Source of the DNA: Eledone cirrhosa
Taxonomy: Eukaryota
Assembly (NCBI GenBank): GCA_964016885.1
Contig: OZ024744.1
Location: 121,706,001-121,770,000, forward strand
Reading direction: 5' to 3'
DNA: 64,000 nt
A program made the translations under genes and the position numbers. Under the pieces are notes generated by a model that made no database searches, was not told the origin of the DNA, and saw only the letters and a list, made by a program, of their open reading frames with translations. This document shows, one piece after another, positions 27,677 through 40,292 of this stretch (position 1 is the first letter of the stretch; every line of letters starts with the position of its first letter).

Positions 27677-28281
27677 GGTGGCTGCCAACTCGTTTTCGAG
27701 TACGGCCACTGCTTTATATCCATGTAGGAGAACCCCTACCGATGCGCTGAACGAATGTGACTTTTTAGTCCAGCCAGCGACTTGAAAACTCTGGTACAAA
27801 GACTACACTTGTGACCATTATTGACACATAGTGCATCATATTGACCATGTGATGACAAGTGCAGAGAGATCTCCAGATACAAAGCAATGCCTGTGCTGTG
27901 AAGCTTTTATAGTGAGCAAAGGCACTGCACAAAGCCAGTCCCACTCTCTTAACCAAGATGATATTTACCAAAAAGAAGAACAAGTCAACATCATTGGATA
28001 CCATCAGGGTTGCAGGTGTTATATCAGAGTTTTCCTTCTCCTAGAATTCTGCCTTGACAAAGGCTAAGGGGTCATCTCTCCCGGTGATTTTGGATGGCTA
28101 TTGAGTCTTAAGAGCTCCCTTGCCCTTTGACAGGTTTTGTTTTTAGTCCTGCAGGATGTCCAAAGTCACCCTCCTCACCAAGAAACCTTGGTGGGGTTGC
28201 CAGTTTAGTCGCCAACGACCCGACCATGAGACAGGTTGTACTGGGATACATGTTACCAGTAGCACCAACTGGTGACCTGAC
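27677..28281 (-). mobile_element. Short (~600 bp) RTE-derived non-autonomous element
   Basis: 3' part encodes [24 protein letters not shown] and ends GCAGCCACC, like the neighbouring RTE. The 5' part (GGCGACTAAACTGGCAACCCCACC...GGTGAGGAGGG) resembles RTE 5' UTRs (recalled). No RT or endonuclease sequence. Confidence 0.6.
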
Positions 28282-30830
<2,549 letters not shown>

Positions 30831-30857
30831 GTATAAATGAAAATAAGAGAAATTAAT

Positions 30858-31043
30858 TGTTTCTACTTTAGGCACAAGGCTAGCAATTACCCAGTGCATT
30901 ACTGGTACTTTATTTTATCGACCCCGTAAGGATGAAAGGCAAAGTCAACCTCGGCGGGATTTGAACTCAGATCATAAAGGGACGTAACTATGCTGGAAAG
31001 CATGGCGTCCGACCCTCTACCGATACTGCCAATCCACCACCTT
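30858..31043 (-). mobile_element. tRNA-derived SINE with 16-bp target site duplication
   Basis: A box TGGCAGTATCGG, B box GAGTTCAAATC, central GCCTTTCATCCTTACGGGGTCGATAAA (Nin/Deu-like). TSD AATAAGAGAAATTAAT at 30842-30857 and 31044-31059. Confidence 0.88.
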
Positions 31044-31754
31044 AATAAGAGAAATTAATGTGAGCAAGAAGCCAACAGTAATTCATAATATATAAGGCAT
31101 GTTGCGTCTCATCAAAGGTTTCTCTCTTGTCTACACACACCGATACATATATATACATACATACATACATACATACATATACAATAATTATAGAACAAAA
31201 ACAAATAATAACTAAATAATTGAAGACATTCTATTGAAAGAAGTTAGTTTTGAAAGATCTGGTGAACAAGGTCAATACAAAATGAAATGAATCGAAACAA
31301 AGTTTGCAGCAACTTTTATAGGAAAAAGATTTCAATTGGAATACAAGAACAATGTTTATGAGAATATTTATTTGACGAAGCACTTTTTAAAAATAAAAAT
31401 ATAATTAATTGTTAAAATAATTTATCGCTACGAAAGTAAAGAGTTTGATTAGATTGTTTTGGTGGAAGTTATGAAAACAAGGAATGGGTTTAGCGAAATG
31501 TAAGATTTCTTTTTTTTTTTAGAGTAATAAAACGCGAATATTTAAAAGTATGTTTTGTTTTCTACATATTTCTTACCTGGCTAATATGTTTTTGTGAGGT
31601 TTAAACGTTTCTCTTAGGCTCAATGAGGCAATCGGGTGGCGAAGAACGGCCGAGAGCCGCGTAGTAAGATACATGACGCCCAATGTAGTGGGAATAGATC
31701 TGATGAGTGACGACGACTACTAGGAAGTCAATGGCTGAAGGTGATATGGTGTGT

Positions 31755-31960
31755 AATAGAGGTTAAAGAGGGAGGGTGAGAGTGGTTACATGAAGCGAAG
31801 TAGGGAGGAAGTGGGGAGTGGAAAGAGGTATAAGGTAAGTAAGACAGAGAGGGAGAGATTACATAAAGCGAAGTAGAGAGGAAGGGGAGTGGAAAGAGGT
31901 ATAAAGTAAATATAAGAGAGGGAGGGGTTATATAAATGAGTGAAGGGGAAGTGTCTGGTA
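31755..31960. repeat. Degenerate purine-rich tandem repeat
   Basis: Repeated AAGCGAAGTAG...GGGGAGTGGAAAGAGGTATAA units. Confidence 0.7.
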
Positions 31961-32480
31961 AACAACATGCAGAATATATTTTATAGAGAGGTGAACATAT
32001 ATCGAATGTCACTCCTCTATTTATTTATACTATTTAATGGATGATCGGAATTTATAAGGGCTATAAAATAGAGAATAAGTTCATTCATTAACATTGACAT
32101 AAAATATTTCTTTATAACAGAATTTGGAAGGAGGATAAAATGAGATTTTCTGCTGTCCATGCTGTCCCCCCAAGGACATCGATGACGTGAAAGTGAAATG
32201 GTTTCTTACAAGAACCAAACATATATATTACTGTAACTACTTCAAATAGACATTTGTAAACTAAAAACACAACTAGATGTCATTAGCCTCCTTTAAGACA
32301 ACAAATATTTGTTGTTTTTAAATGTGGTTGGGGGGGGGGGGGGGGCTTTAACAGGATGATGTGAAATGTCTTATTTTGTTTTATTTTTAATTTCTTTTGT
32401 TCAAGGACATTTAATAGAGCCTCTCTCGGGTCTCCAATAATTGTCCTTCCACCCCAACACGCTTATTCTAAGCCCCTACC

Positions 32481-32559
32481 CAGTGGCGGACTGGCCAGGT
32501 TGCCCAATGGCAAGTGGGCCCCAAGGGACCCACGGTAGCATTGCATGAGTCCACAGTAG
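32481..32559 (+). mobile_element. Probable DNA-transposon/MITE end interrupted by the Gypsy element (continues at 37968-38002)
   Basis: hAT-like start CAGTGGCGGACTGGCC. The subterminal repeats CCAC(G/A)GTAGCATTGCA rejoin across the LTR insertion. Partner TIR not found. Confidence 0.45.
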
Positions 32560-33104
32560 TGTAGCGACGCTGGTTGGTCAGTCTAGTCACTACTTCTGAT
32601 CAGATCCGAGAATAGTCCTTAGAAGGACTGGTATCGCATACGGTCTGATCAGATATGAAGATAGCCCTTAAAAGGACTGTTGTCGCATATAGCCCTTAAA
32701 AGAACTGTTGAGGATGGACAGACGAGAGCACAAGTTGAAAGGACGAAGCAAGGCGAGATGTAAATTCGATCAGCTATTTATTTTCACATGAAGCGACGAT
32801 ACGGGGTACAAGGCGTGTGAGTGACAAAGCATGGCAGAGGCGAAAAACAACGATGCGCTAGCTGACTCTGAAAAAGTCGACTGGTGAAAGTGTTTGGAAC
32901 CACTCTATTTATACAGGAACAATCTTTTGTTGTTTAGTCGATGTGTAGGCGTTTATTCTGGTAGGTTCTTATTCTGGTAGGTTCTTATTCTGGTAGGTTC
33001 TAATTCTGGTAGGTTCTAAGGGTTCTTTTGTTTCACGTTGACTAGCTAGCTAACAGGTAGATGGCGCTGTATATTTCACAGATGTTATTTCCGCTGGCTG
33101 TACA
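32560..33104 (-). repeat. 3' LTR (545 bp)
   Basis: Matches 37439-37967 with about 10 substitutions (manual count) and one extra 16-bp TTATTCTGGTAGGTTC unit. Confidence 0.97.
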
Positions 33105-34149
33105 TTAGCCCTCTGCCAGATCTTTTGTACAACAAAAGAGCGAAATATCGTATAGTAATGGGCCACTGGTGCATTTGTCATGACAATAGCCCCAGGAGTG
33201 TCCAGCACGTTGTGAAATGTTGTGATCATCGAGTACAGGACAGAGTCGATGTAGAGATGATATGGCAAGATGTGTGTGTCAGGAAGAGAAAAAAGAAATA
33301 AACTATAAAATGACTTTGACCAGATTTATGCAGGCGTGATGAATGAGCCTGTTGCAATTTCGGTTGAGCTGCCTGTGAATTGCGTGACAAAAAGTCTAAC
33401 TGGGCAGTGAAGATAACCGTAATGTGTGAACTGAATGGCCGTAAGCATGCTGCCTAAAAGTAACAGTTTGCTCCACAGCATATGACTTGAGCGAATGCAT
33501 GTGGTAAAAAAATTGTGAGGCATTCTCGAGCTATTGAGTGAATGTGTACGTGAAAAAGGAAGGCCAGTGTTTTGAGGTTGCGATTTGTGAAATGCGTGAT
33601 CAAAGAGAAAACATTTTGTAGTGTAAGAGTTAGAGGGACACAAATATCTATTGCTCAGTGTATGAACCAAAAGGTGAAACAAATGTGGTTTTGTAGTGTG
33701 CCTGAAAAACAGAATATGTACACGCCTTGTATGTATATACAAATTATGGCAATTACACAATCAATGTTACAGAACAAGAAAAACACAAATTTTGCAAAAC
33801 AAGAGAGAGAAGAAAAAAAAAATGTTATACACAATGATATACACAATGTTTGTTCTTAAATAGTGTTTGTAATAAATAATGTTCATAATAAATAATGTTC
33901 TTCGTGACATGAGCACATGGTCACTAAAAATTGCAATTGTTCAAGCAGAAAGTTCATTGTATTTGAAACTGGAAATAGTAAACACAAGAAAAATGGAAAT
34001 GTTTTGCACGAAGAATGATTAAGAAACTCACTTGAGGTTAACGGTAATTCACATATTGTGCCAACTTTGCGGGCCAATGGACGCGTCGTCTGCTTCTCGT
34101 GACTGGAGATGAAACAGGTGGCTCGCTGGGACTGCAATCTGTCGGAGTT

Positions 34150-35400
34150 TCTGGTGTAGAGACTGTAACAGTATCCATGGTGGCTTTTTTTAATCTGTCC
34201 GCGCTGACAGAATTCTGTTTACCATCTAGATCGAGAATAAAATATTTCGGATATTTTTTTAGAACACGATAAGGGCCAGAATATGGAGGTCGAAGATGAG
34301 CTGAGATGGTGTCGTTTCGAACGAAAACGTGTGTCCAATCATCAATGTCTGAAGGGACGTGTGTGGCCGTGTTCTGTTGACGAGTGCTTGCAGGAGCAAG
34401 GTGAGATATTGTCGAAGACGGTGTACGTATGATCCTGGGACTGGAACATCCTGAGGAGAAATGGGAGCAACCATCTGACCAGGTAGAACCAGGGTGGTGC
34501 CGTACACTAATTCTGCAGGTGTGTGTCCGAATTCCTCCTTAACGGTGGATCGAATGCCCAGAAGGATGAGTGGCAGGTATTCAAACCAGTGGGTCTTGTC
34601 TGATATGCTTTTATTGCAGCTTTCAATTGGCGATGGAATCTTTCCACGAGACCATTAGCTTGCGGGTGATAAGCTGTCGTGCGGATGTGTTTACATCCTA
34701 ACAGGCGAGTCAGTTCCCTGAAGAGGTGGGAGTCAAATTGGCGTCCTCTGTCCGTTGTTATCTTCGCTGGGGCGCCATAACGTGATACCCAGTGTAAAAC
34801 CAAAATTTTAGCGACTGTTTCCGCTGAGGTATCATTTATGGGAAAAGCCTCAGGCCAACGAGAAAATCGATCGATGCAGGTGAGCAAGTGTGTGTAGTTC
34901 TGTGATGGTGGTAGAGGTCCGACGATGTCGATATGCACATGATGAAAACGTGCATCAGGTTGCGCGAATGTGCCGAGTGGAGTTTTGATGTGTCTGTGGA
35001 CTTTGGTTTTCTGGCAGGCAATGCAGCTCCTGGACCAGTCGCACACGTCCTTGTTAATGTTAGTCCACACAAAACGAGCAGAGATGAGTTTCTGTGTAGC
35101 CCGGATTCCCGGGTGAGACAAGCAGTGTAAAGCAGAAAAAACTTGTCGACGATGCATCTGTGGTACGTACGGTCGTTCATGACCGGTAGAAAGGTCGCAC
35201 CAAATTTGTCCCGGAGAAGAAGGAATGGGAACTTGCTGAAACTCGAGGGATGGCGAATCTCGGAGCTTGATAAACTCTTCGTCAGTCTCTTGGTCAGCTG
35301 CGATCTGTTGAAGGTCGATGCCTGAATGCACATGTATTGCGTTCAGCTGGATTCGGGACAGGGCGTCGGCTGCTACGTTGTCTGATCCCTTGATATGCCG
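34150..35400 (-). pseudogene. Gypsy integrase (HHCC, DDE), frameshifted C-terminus
   Basis: HCLSHPG...[35 protein letters not shown]. Confidence 0.93.
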
Positions 35401-36850
35401 AATATGTTGAATATTGGGAGACAAAATCCAGGTGTCGGAGTTCTCTCGGTGAATGTCGATCAGGTTTGGTACGGAACGCATAAACTAGTGGTTTATGGTC
35501 CGTGTAGATCACGAAATCTGATCCTTCGAGCATGTGCCGAAAATGCTTAACCGAAAGATAGGTTGCCAAGAGTTCGCGGCCAAAGGTACTGTATTTCGTT
35601 TCTCCGGTTGCAACCGCTTAGAAAAGAAGGATAAGGGTTGCCACACGCCGTCGACATGTTGTAGAACGCCTCCAACCCCCGTGTCTGATGCGTCCACTAG
35701 CAGCGAAAGAGGAGCGCCAGACCTGGGGAAAACGAGCATGGAAGCGCTTGCCAACATTTCCTTCAGGCGGTTAAAAGATGTTAATTCTTCCTCGTTTAGA
35801 GTGATCTCTTCGTTTTTGCGAGTCCGGTTACAAAGAAGGTCCGCGAGGAGTCTGGCTGCGTCGGAACAGTGAGGGATAAACCGCCTATAAAAATTCATCA
35901 GACCGAGGAATTCACACAGTTTCCGAAGTGATGTAGGTGCAGGAAAACTGCGGATAGCTTCTACTTTCTCGGGAAGTGGACGAATGCCGTCTTTATCGAT
36001 GATGTGCCCGAGAAAGGACAGTGAAGGAACGCCGAGAAGGCACTTGCTGGGGTTGATGATGATACCGTACTCAGCCAAATGTCGGAAAAGGAGATCTAAG
36101 TGCTTCTCGTGTTCATTCTCGGAAGCACTTGCTACCAGTACGTCGTCAATATACGCGTATACGAAGGGTAGATCGCGTAACACGGTGTCAATAAACCACT
36201 GAAAAGTTTGTGCAGCGTTGCGCAGACCGAACGGCATTCGCAGGAATTCGAATAAACCGAACGGTGTTGTGATTGCGGTCTTCGGAATATCTGCAGGCTC
36301 CATAGGTATCTGGTTATATGCACGCACCAGATCTACCTTGGAAAAGATACGTGCGCCTTGCAGAGAGGCAGAAAAATCGTGCAGGTGAGGTACAGGGTAA
36401 TTATCGGGCACTGTAGAATTGTTAAGTGCACGATAATCCCCACATGGTCGCCAATCATTCTCGTTTTTTTTTGGAACAAGATGTAGGGGTGCAGACCAGT
36501 TGCTGGAAGGGAGAATGATTCCGAGGTCCAGCATGTGTTGGAACTCCTGCTTGGCGATTCTCAATCGGTCTGGAGGCAGTCTCCTTGGTCGAGCAGCTGT
36601 GGGTGGTCCCTTTGTCTCGATGTGGTGCGTGACACTATGCTTAATGGGACCATCCTTAAATACCGGGCGAGTGATGTCTGGGTATTTCTGAAGAATGCCG
36701 TTGTACCGCGAAGGCTCTGACTGGCACATTACAGGGCTCACTGTGGATTGCATGGTAAATATACCTCTCACAGTGAGGTTTATGATGGTGTCGATAAGCC
36801 TCCGGTTCTTCATATCCACCAGAAGGTTGTAGTGGTGGAGAAAATCGGCT
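35401..36850 (-). pseudogene. Gypsy reverse transcriptase / RNase H
   Basis: [45 protein letters not shown]. Confidence 0.95.
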
Positions 36851-37380
36851 CCTAGGATCGGGGTCTGCCACGACGAACACCCATTGAAAACGCCGCCTCA
36901 GGCCTAAATTGAGGGTCAGAGACTTCTCCCCGAAAGTCGGAATTGACGATTGATTCATTGCCTGCAGAAAGGACGGTGTTGGGTGTCTTTTGCCCGAGAC
37001 TAGTGAAACAGGAATAACACTAACCTCGGCTCCTGTATCCACGAGGTAACGGATGCCTGTCGCCTGGTCGTTAATAAAAAATAAACGACTTTTCTTTTCA
37101 GTACCAGGGGTGAACGTCGTCGCTAGGCCCTGGGTGGCATTCCGGAAAGAGCACGGGGCTTTGCACTTAGATGCCTGTGCGCCGAAATTTGTGTGATACC
37201 AGATGTTGCCAGGCACACGATTTTGACTGGGACTACTGGATTTTTGACTGTGAAAAGGCCTGGCTCGACTGTTGCCGCGTCGCCGGTGTGTTTGAAAGGT
37301 CTTTAATTTGACCAGCCCGCTCTCTGATCATAGCCCGCAGTTCTGAAATCTCGGCTTCTGTCGTTTGTGACATGTCCATG
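36851..37380 (-). pseudogene. Gag remnant (WYH...C...PC knuckle) and aspartic protease
   Basis: IWYHTNFGAQASKCKAPCSF, YLVDTGAEVSV. Confidence 0.85.
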
Positions 37381-37404
37381 TTGATATTTTCTTAGGTGCT
37401 GTCT

Positions 37405-37436
37405 GGTTGTGCGTTCGACTCACGTTCGGGTCACCA
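37405..37436 (-). promoter_or_regulatory. Primer binding site, tRNA-Trp-like, extended
   Basis: TGGTGACCCGAACGTGAGTCGAACGCACAACC begins 2 nt inside the 5' LTR boundary. Confidence 0.8.
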
Positions 37437-37438
37437 AT

Positions 37439-37967
37439 TGTAGCGACGCTGGTTGGTCAGTCTAGTCACTACTTCTGATCAGATCCGAGAATAGTCCTTA
37501 GAAGGACTGGTATCGCATACGGTCTGATCAGATATGAAGACAGCCCTTAAAAGGACTGTTGTCGCATATAGCCCTTAAAAGAACTGTTGAGGATGGACAG
37601 ACGAGAGCTCAAATTGAAAGGACGAAGCAAGGCGAGATGTAAATTCGATCAGCTATTTATTTTCACATGAAGCGACGATACGGGGTACAAGGCGTGTGAG
37701 TGACAAAGCATGGCAGAAGCGAGGAACAACGATACGCTAGCTGACTCTGAAAAAGTCGACTGGTGAAAGTGTTTGGAACCACTCTATTTATACAGGAACA
37801 ATCTTTTGTTGTTTAGTCGATGTGTAGGCGTTTATTCTGGTAGGTTCTTATTCTGGTAGGTTCTAATTCTGGTAGGTTCTAAGGGTTCTTTTGTTTCACG
37901 TTGAGTAGCTAGCTAACAGGTAGATGGCGCTGTATATTTCACAGCTGTTATTTCCGGTGGCTGTACA
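37439..37967 (-). repeat. 5' LTR (529 bp)
   Basis: Direct repeat of 32560-33104, adjacent to the PBS. Confidence 0.97.
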
Positions 37968-38361
37968 GTAGCATTGCAGGGCCCACTAGTATTTTAGGGG
38001 CCAATGTTTTGCTTTCAAAAAATATCCGAAGTCTAAGAGAAAGAATAACATTTAAAAAATAAATAAATAAAACAATTAAGCAAAACATTTGGTCAGCCAA
38101 TTCCCCGGGGAATTAATAGAAACCAAAGTATACGATAGGGCAAATAGCTGGAACCAGTGGTTGTACTAAATCTAAAGCTTAGTGTATTCATTCATGCGTG
38201 CAAACATTCATATATATATATATATATATATATATGTAGGAGGTGAGTTTTATTGTAGTACAATAAAGCAATGCAGATATCAGATAAGAAGCACTCTACA
38301 GTTTGTGGGACTGGAGTATGCATAATATAAGATCAAAAGATGGTTAAAGGAGTTCAATATA

Positions 38362-38428
38362 TTTTATTATGCGCATTTCAAAAACAAACATCATCAAATA
38401 ATAATATTTGTGTTTTCATCAGATAAAA
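38362..38428 (-). ncRNA. Type I hammerhead ribozyme, family D (inverted copy)
   Basis: Reverse complement of 38609-38675. Confidence 0.75.
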
Positions 38429-38608
38429 CAGGAGAACATGATATGAAGGCTAAAAAAAAAAAACACTTGTTGATAGTGCAGTTTTAAATCAACATAAATA
38501 AAATATTTTTCCCAATATCACACATCAATCTAAAACCACTTTTCATATGTTGATTTAAAACTGCACTATCAACAAGTGTTTTTTTAGCCTTCATATCATG
38601 TTCTCCTG

Positions 38609-38675
38609 TTTTATCTGATGAAAACACAAATATTATTATTTGATGATGTTTGTTTTTGAAATGCGCATAATAAAA
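38609..38675 (+). ncRNA. Type I hammerhead ribozyme, family D
   Basis: TTTTAT-CTGATGA-AAACA...TGTTTTT-GAAA-TGCGCA-TA-ATAAAA. Palindromic stem III ATGCGCAT, AUA triplet. Confidence 0.75.
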
Positions 38676-38707
38676 TATATTGAACTCCTTTAACCATCTT
38701 TTGATCT

Positions 38708-38779
<72 letters not shown>

Positions 38780-39020
38780 CAATATATTTAGAAACACACA
38801 GATACATGCGGACACACACATATATACATGAATGCATCCGCACCCAACTGTGAGTTAAGGGTGCCAACTTCACCGATGTTGCTCAATGAATGACTGGGAC
38901 AGACCAATTCAGTTGAACTAGACTGAACCAGTATCAGAGTTAAAAATACATTATGAAGAGAGAAGAAACATTTAGATATAATTAGTAATAAAATGTATCA
39001 TACCTAAACTGCTCCTAAAT

Positions 39021-39110
39021 TCCTCGACTACGTAGTTTCGTGGCATAAACAAAAACAATATATCATAAAGACATAGAGTCCTTGCGAGGTCTGCCGACTT
39101 ATCAAGAGGA
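39021..39110 (-). ncRNA. Hammerhead ribozyme, family E, U3-A8 variant
   Basis: Reverse complement of 39628-39717. Confidence 0.75.
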
Positions 39111-39627
39111 TACCTCATTTTACTAGTCTCAAGAACGCGTCTACACGACGTGAGAAAGAATCCCAAAAGGCGGAGGGGGAGATAGTCACGCGATATAACG
39201 GTCGAGAAACAGAGCTAAGCCTCTTATAACCTCGAAGAAAATACCACGGAGGCGGAGGGGGTACTTATATCGAGGCCGCAGAAGAGGTGGTGAAGAAGGC
39301 AAGAAGTATGAGTAATGGAAGCTTTCCAGCTGTCCCCACACTTCAAAGATTGCTCGACCAGAGGGAGTTATTAACAATATATTTAGAAACACACAGATAC
39401 ATGCGGACACACACATATATACATGAATGCATCCGCACCCAACTTCACCACCTCTTCTGCGGCCTCGATATAAGTACCCCCTCCGCCTCCGTGGTATTTT
39501 CTTCGAGGTTATAAGAGGCTTAGCTCTGTTTCTCGACCGTTATATCGCGTGACTATCTCCCCCTCCGCCTTTTGGGATTCTTTCTCACGTCGTGTAGACG
39601 CGTTCTTGAGACTAGTAAAATGAGGTA

Positions 39628-39717
39628 TCCTCTTGATAAGTCGGCAGACCTCGCAAGGACTCTATGTCTTTATGATATATTGTTTTTGTTTATGCCACGA
39701 AACTACGTAGTCGAGGA
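39628..39717 (+). ncRNA. Hammerhead ribozyme, family E, U3-A8 variant
   Basis: TCCTC-TTGATAA-GTCGGCA...(~46 nt)...TGCCAC-GAAA-CTACGTAG-TC-GAGGA. GUC triplet, 10-nt palindromic stem III. Confidence 0.75.
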
Positions 39718-39860
39718 ATTTAGGAGCAGTTTAGGTATGATACATTTTATTACTAATTATATCTAAATGTTTCTTCTCTCTTCATATATATATATGGTTA
39801 TGTGTGTCTATATATGAATGTTTGCACGCATGAATGAATACACTAAGCTTTAGATTTAGT

Positions 39861-39918
<58 letters not shown>

Positions 39919-40292
39919 TAAACGGAATAGAAAATGCTGACAAATTGTTCACAGTTGAAAAATGGTTTAATTAGGAATAAAAGAGTATTAGTGATTGTAT
40001 GGGTTAGTATTCAGTTGTGGTTTTAAGTTTTTAAGTTTTTACCGGTTGCGCATTTCTAAATGCTTTTCAAAAATAATTTTGAGATAGAGTGTCCGTGCTG
40101 TTTGCTCTGATCTGATTAGTTTTGGGAATTCTACCTGTTTTTATGTTAAAAAAGTGGCTCCAGCGTTACTTTGGTGTTGCAAAAATTATTGTGGTCAAAA
40201 CAATTTTGATTGGTCGGTAGAGGTCATGTGAATGTAAAAAATTGATTTTGCGCCAAGACTGTTTTTATGTTAAAAAAGTGGCTCCAGCAAAA

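Larger units (their letters stand above)
32560..37967 (-). mobile_element. Gypsy/Ty3 LTR retrotransposon, both LTRs present, gag largely deleted, pol frameshifted
   Basis: TG...CA LTRs, 4-bp TSD GTAG (32556-32559, 37968-37971), PBS, PPT-like AGAGGGCTAA next to the 3' LTR, domain order PR-RT-RH-IN. Confidence 0.97.
38236..38715. mobile_element. Family D fold-back HHR element (arms 38322-38496 / 38546-38715)
   Basis: ~170-bp inverted repeat with a ~50-bp spacer, (TA)n flanks, one HHR per arm. Confidence 0.8.
38777..39786. mobile_element. Family E non-coding HHR element: 595-bp monomer plus inverted partial copy
   Basis: 73-bp direct repeat at 38777 and 39372. 39443-39786 is the reverse complement of 38952-39295. 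Confidence 0.82.
38161..39864. repeat. Outer ~56-bp inverted repeat (38161-38216 / 39809-39864) enclosing two fold-back elements
   Basis: TTGTACTAAATCTAAAGCTTAGTGTATTCATTCATGCGTGCAAACATTCATATATA and its exact reverse complement. Confidence 0.9.

Noticed and set aside
31700-31730. CTGATGAG as a possible hammerhead core
   Set aside because: No stem II or GAAA partner follows. More likely a decayed LINE/SINE tail.
32953-33018. 16-bp tandem repeats as a CRISPR-like array
   Set aside because: No spacers. Ordinary LTR-internal tandem repeat in a eukaryotic context.
37405-37436. tRNA gene
   Set aside because: Only the 3' part with an encoded CCA, positioned as the LTR primer binding site.
38972-39766. 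Identical 64-aa ORFs on opposite strands
   Set aside because: A consequence of the inverted repeat. TTG start and overlap with the ribozyme.
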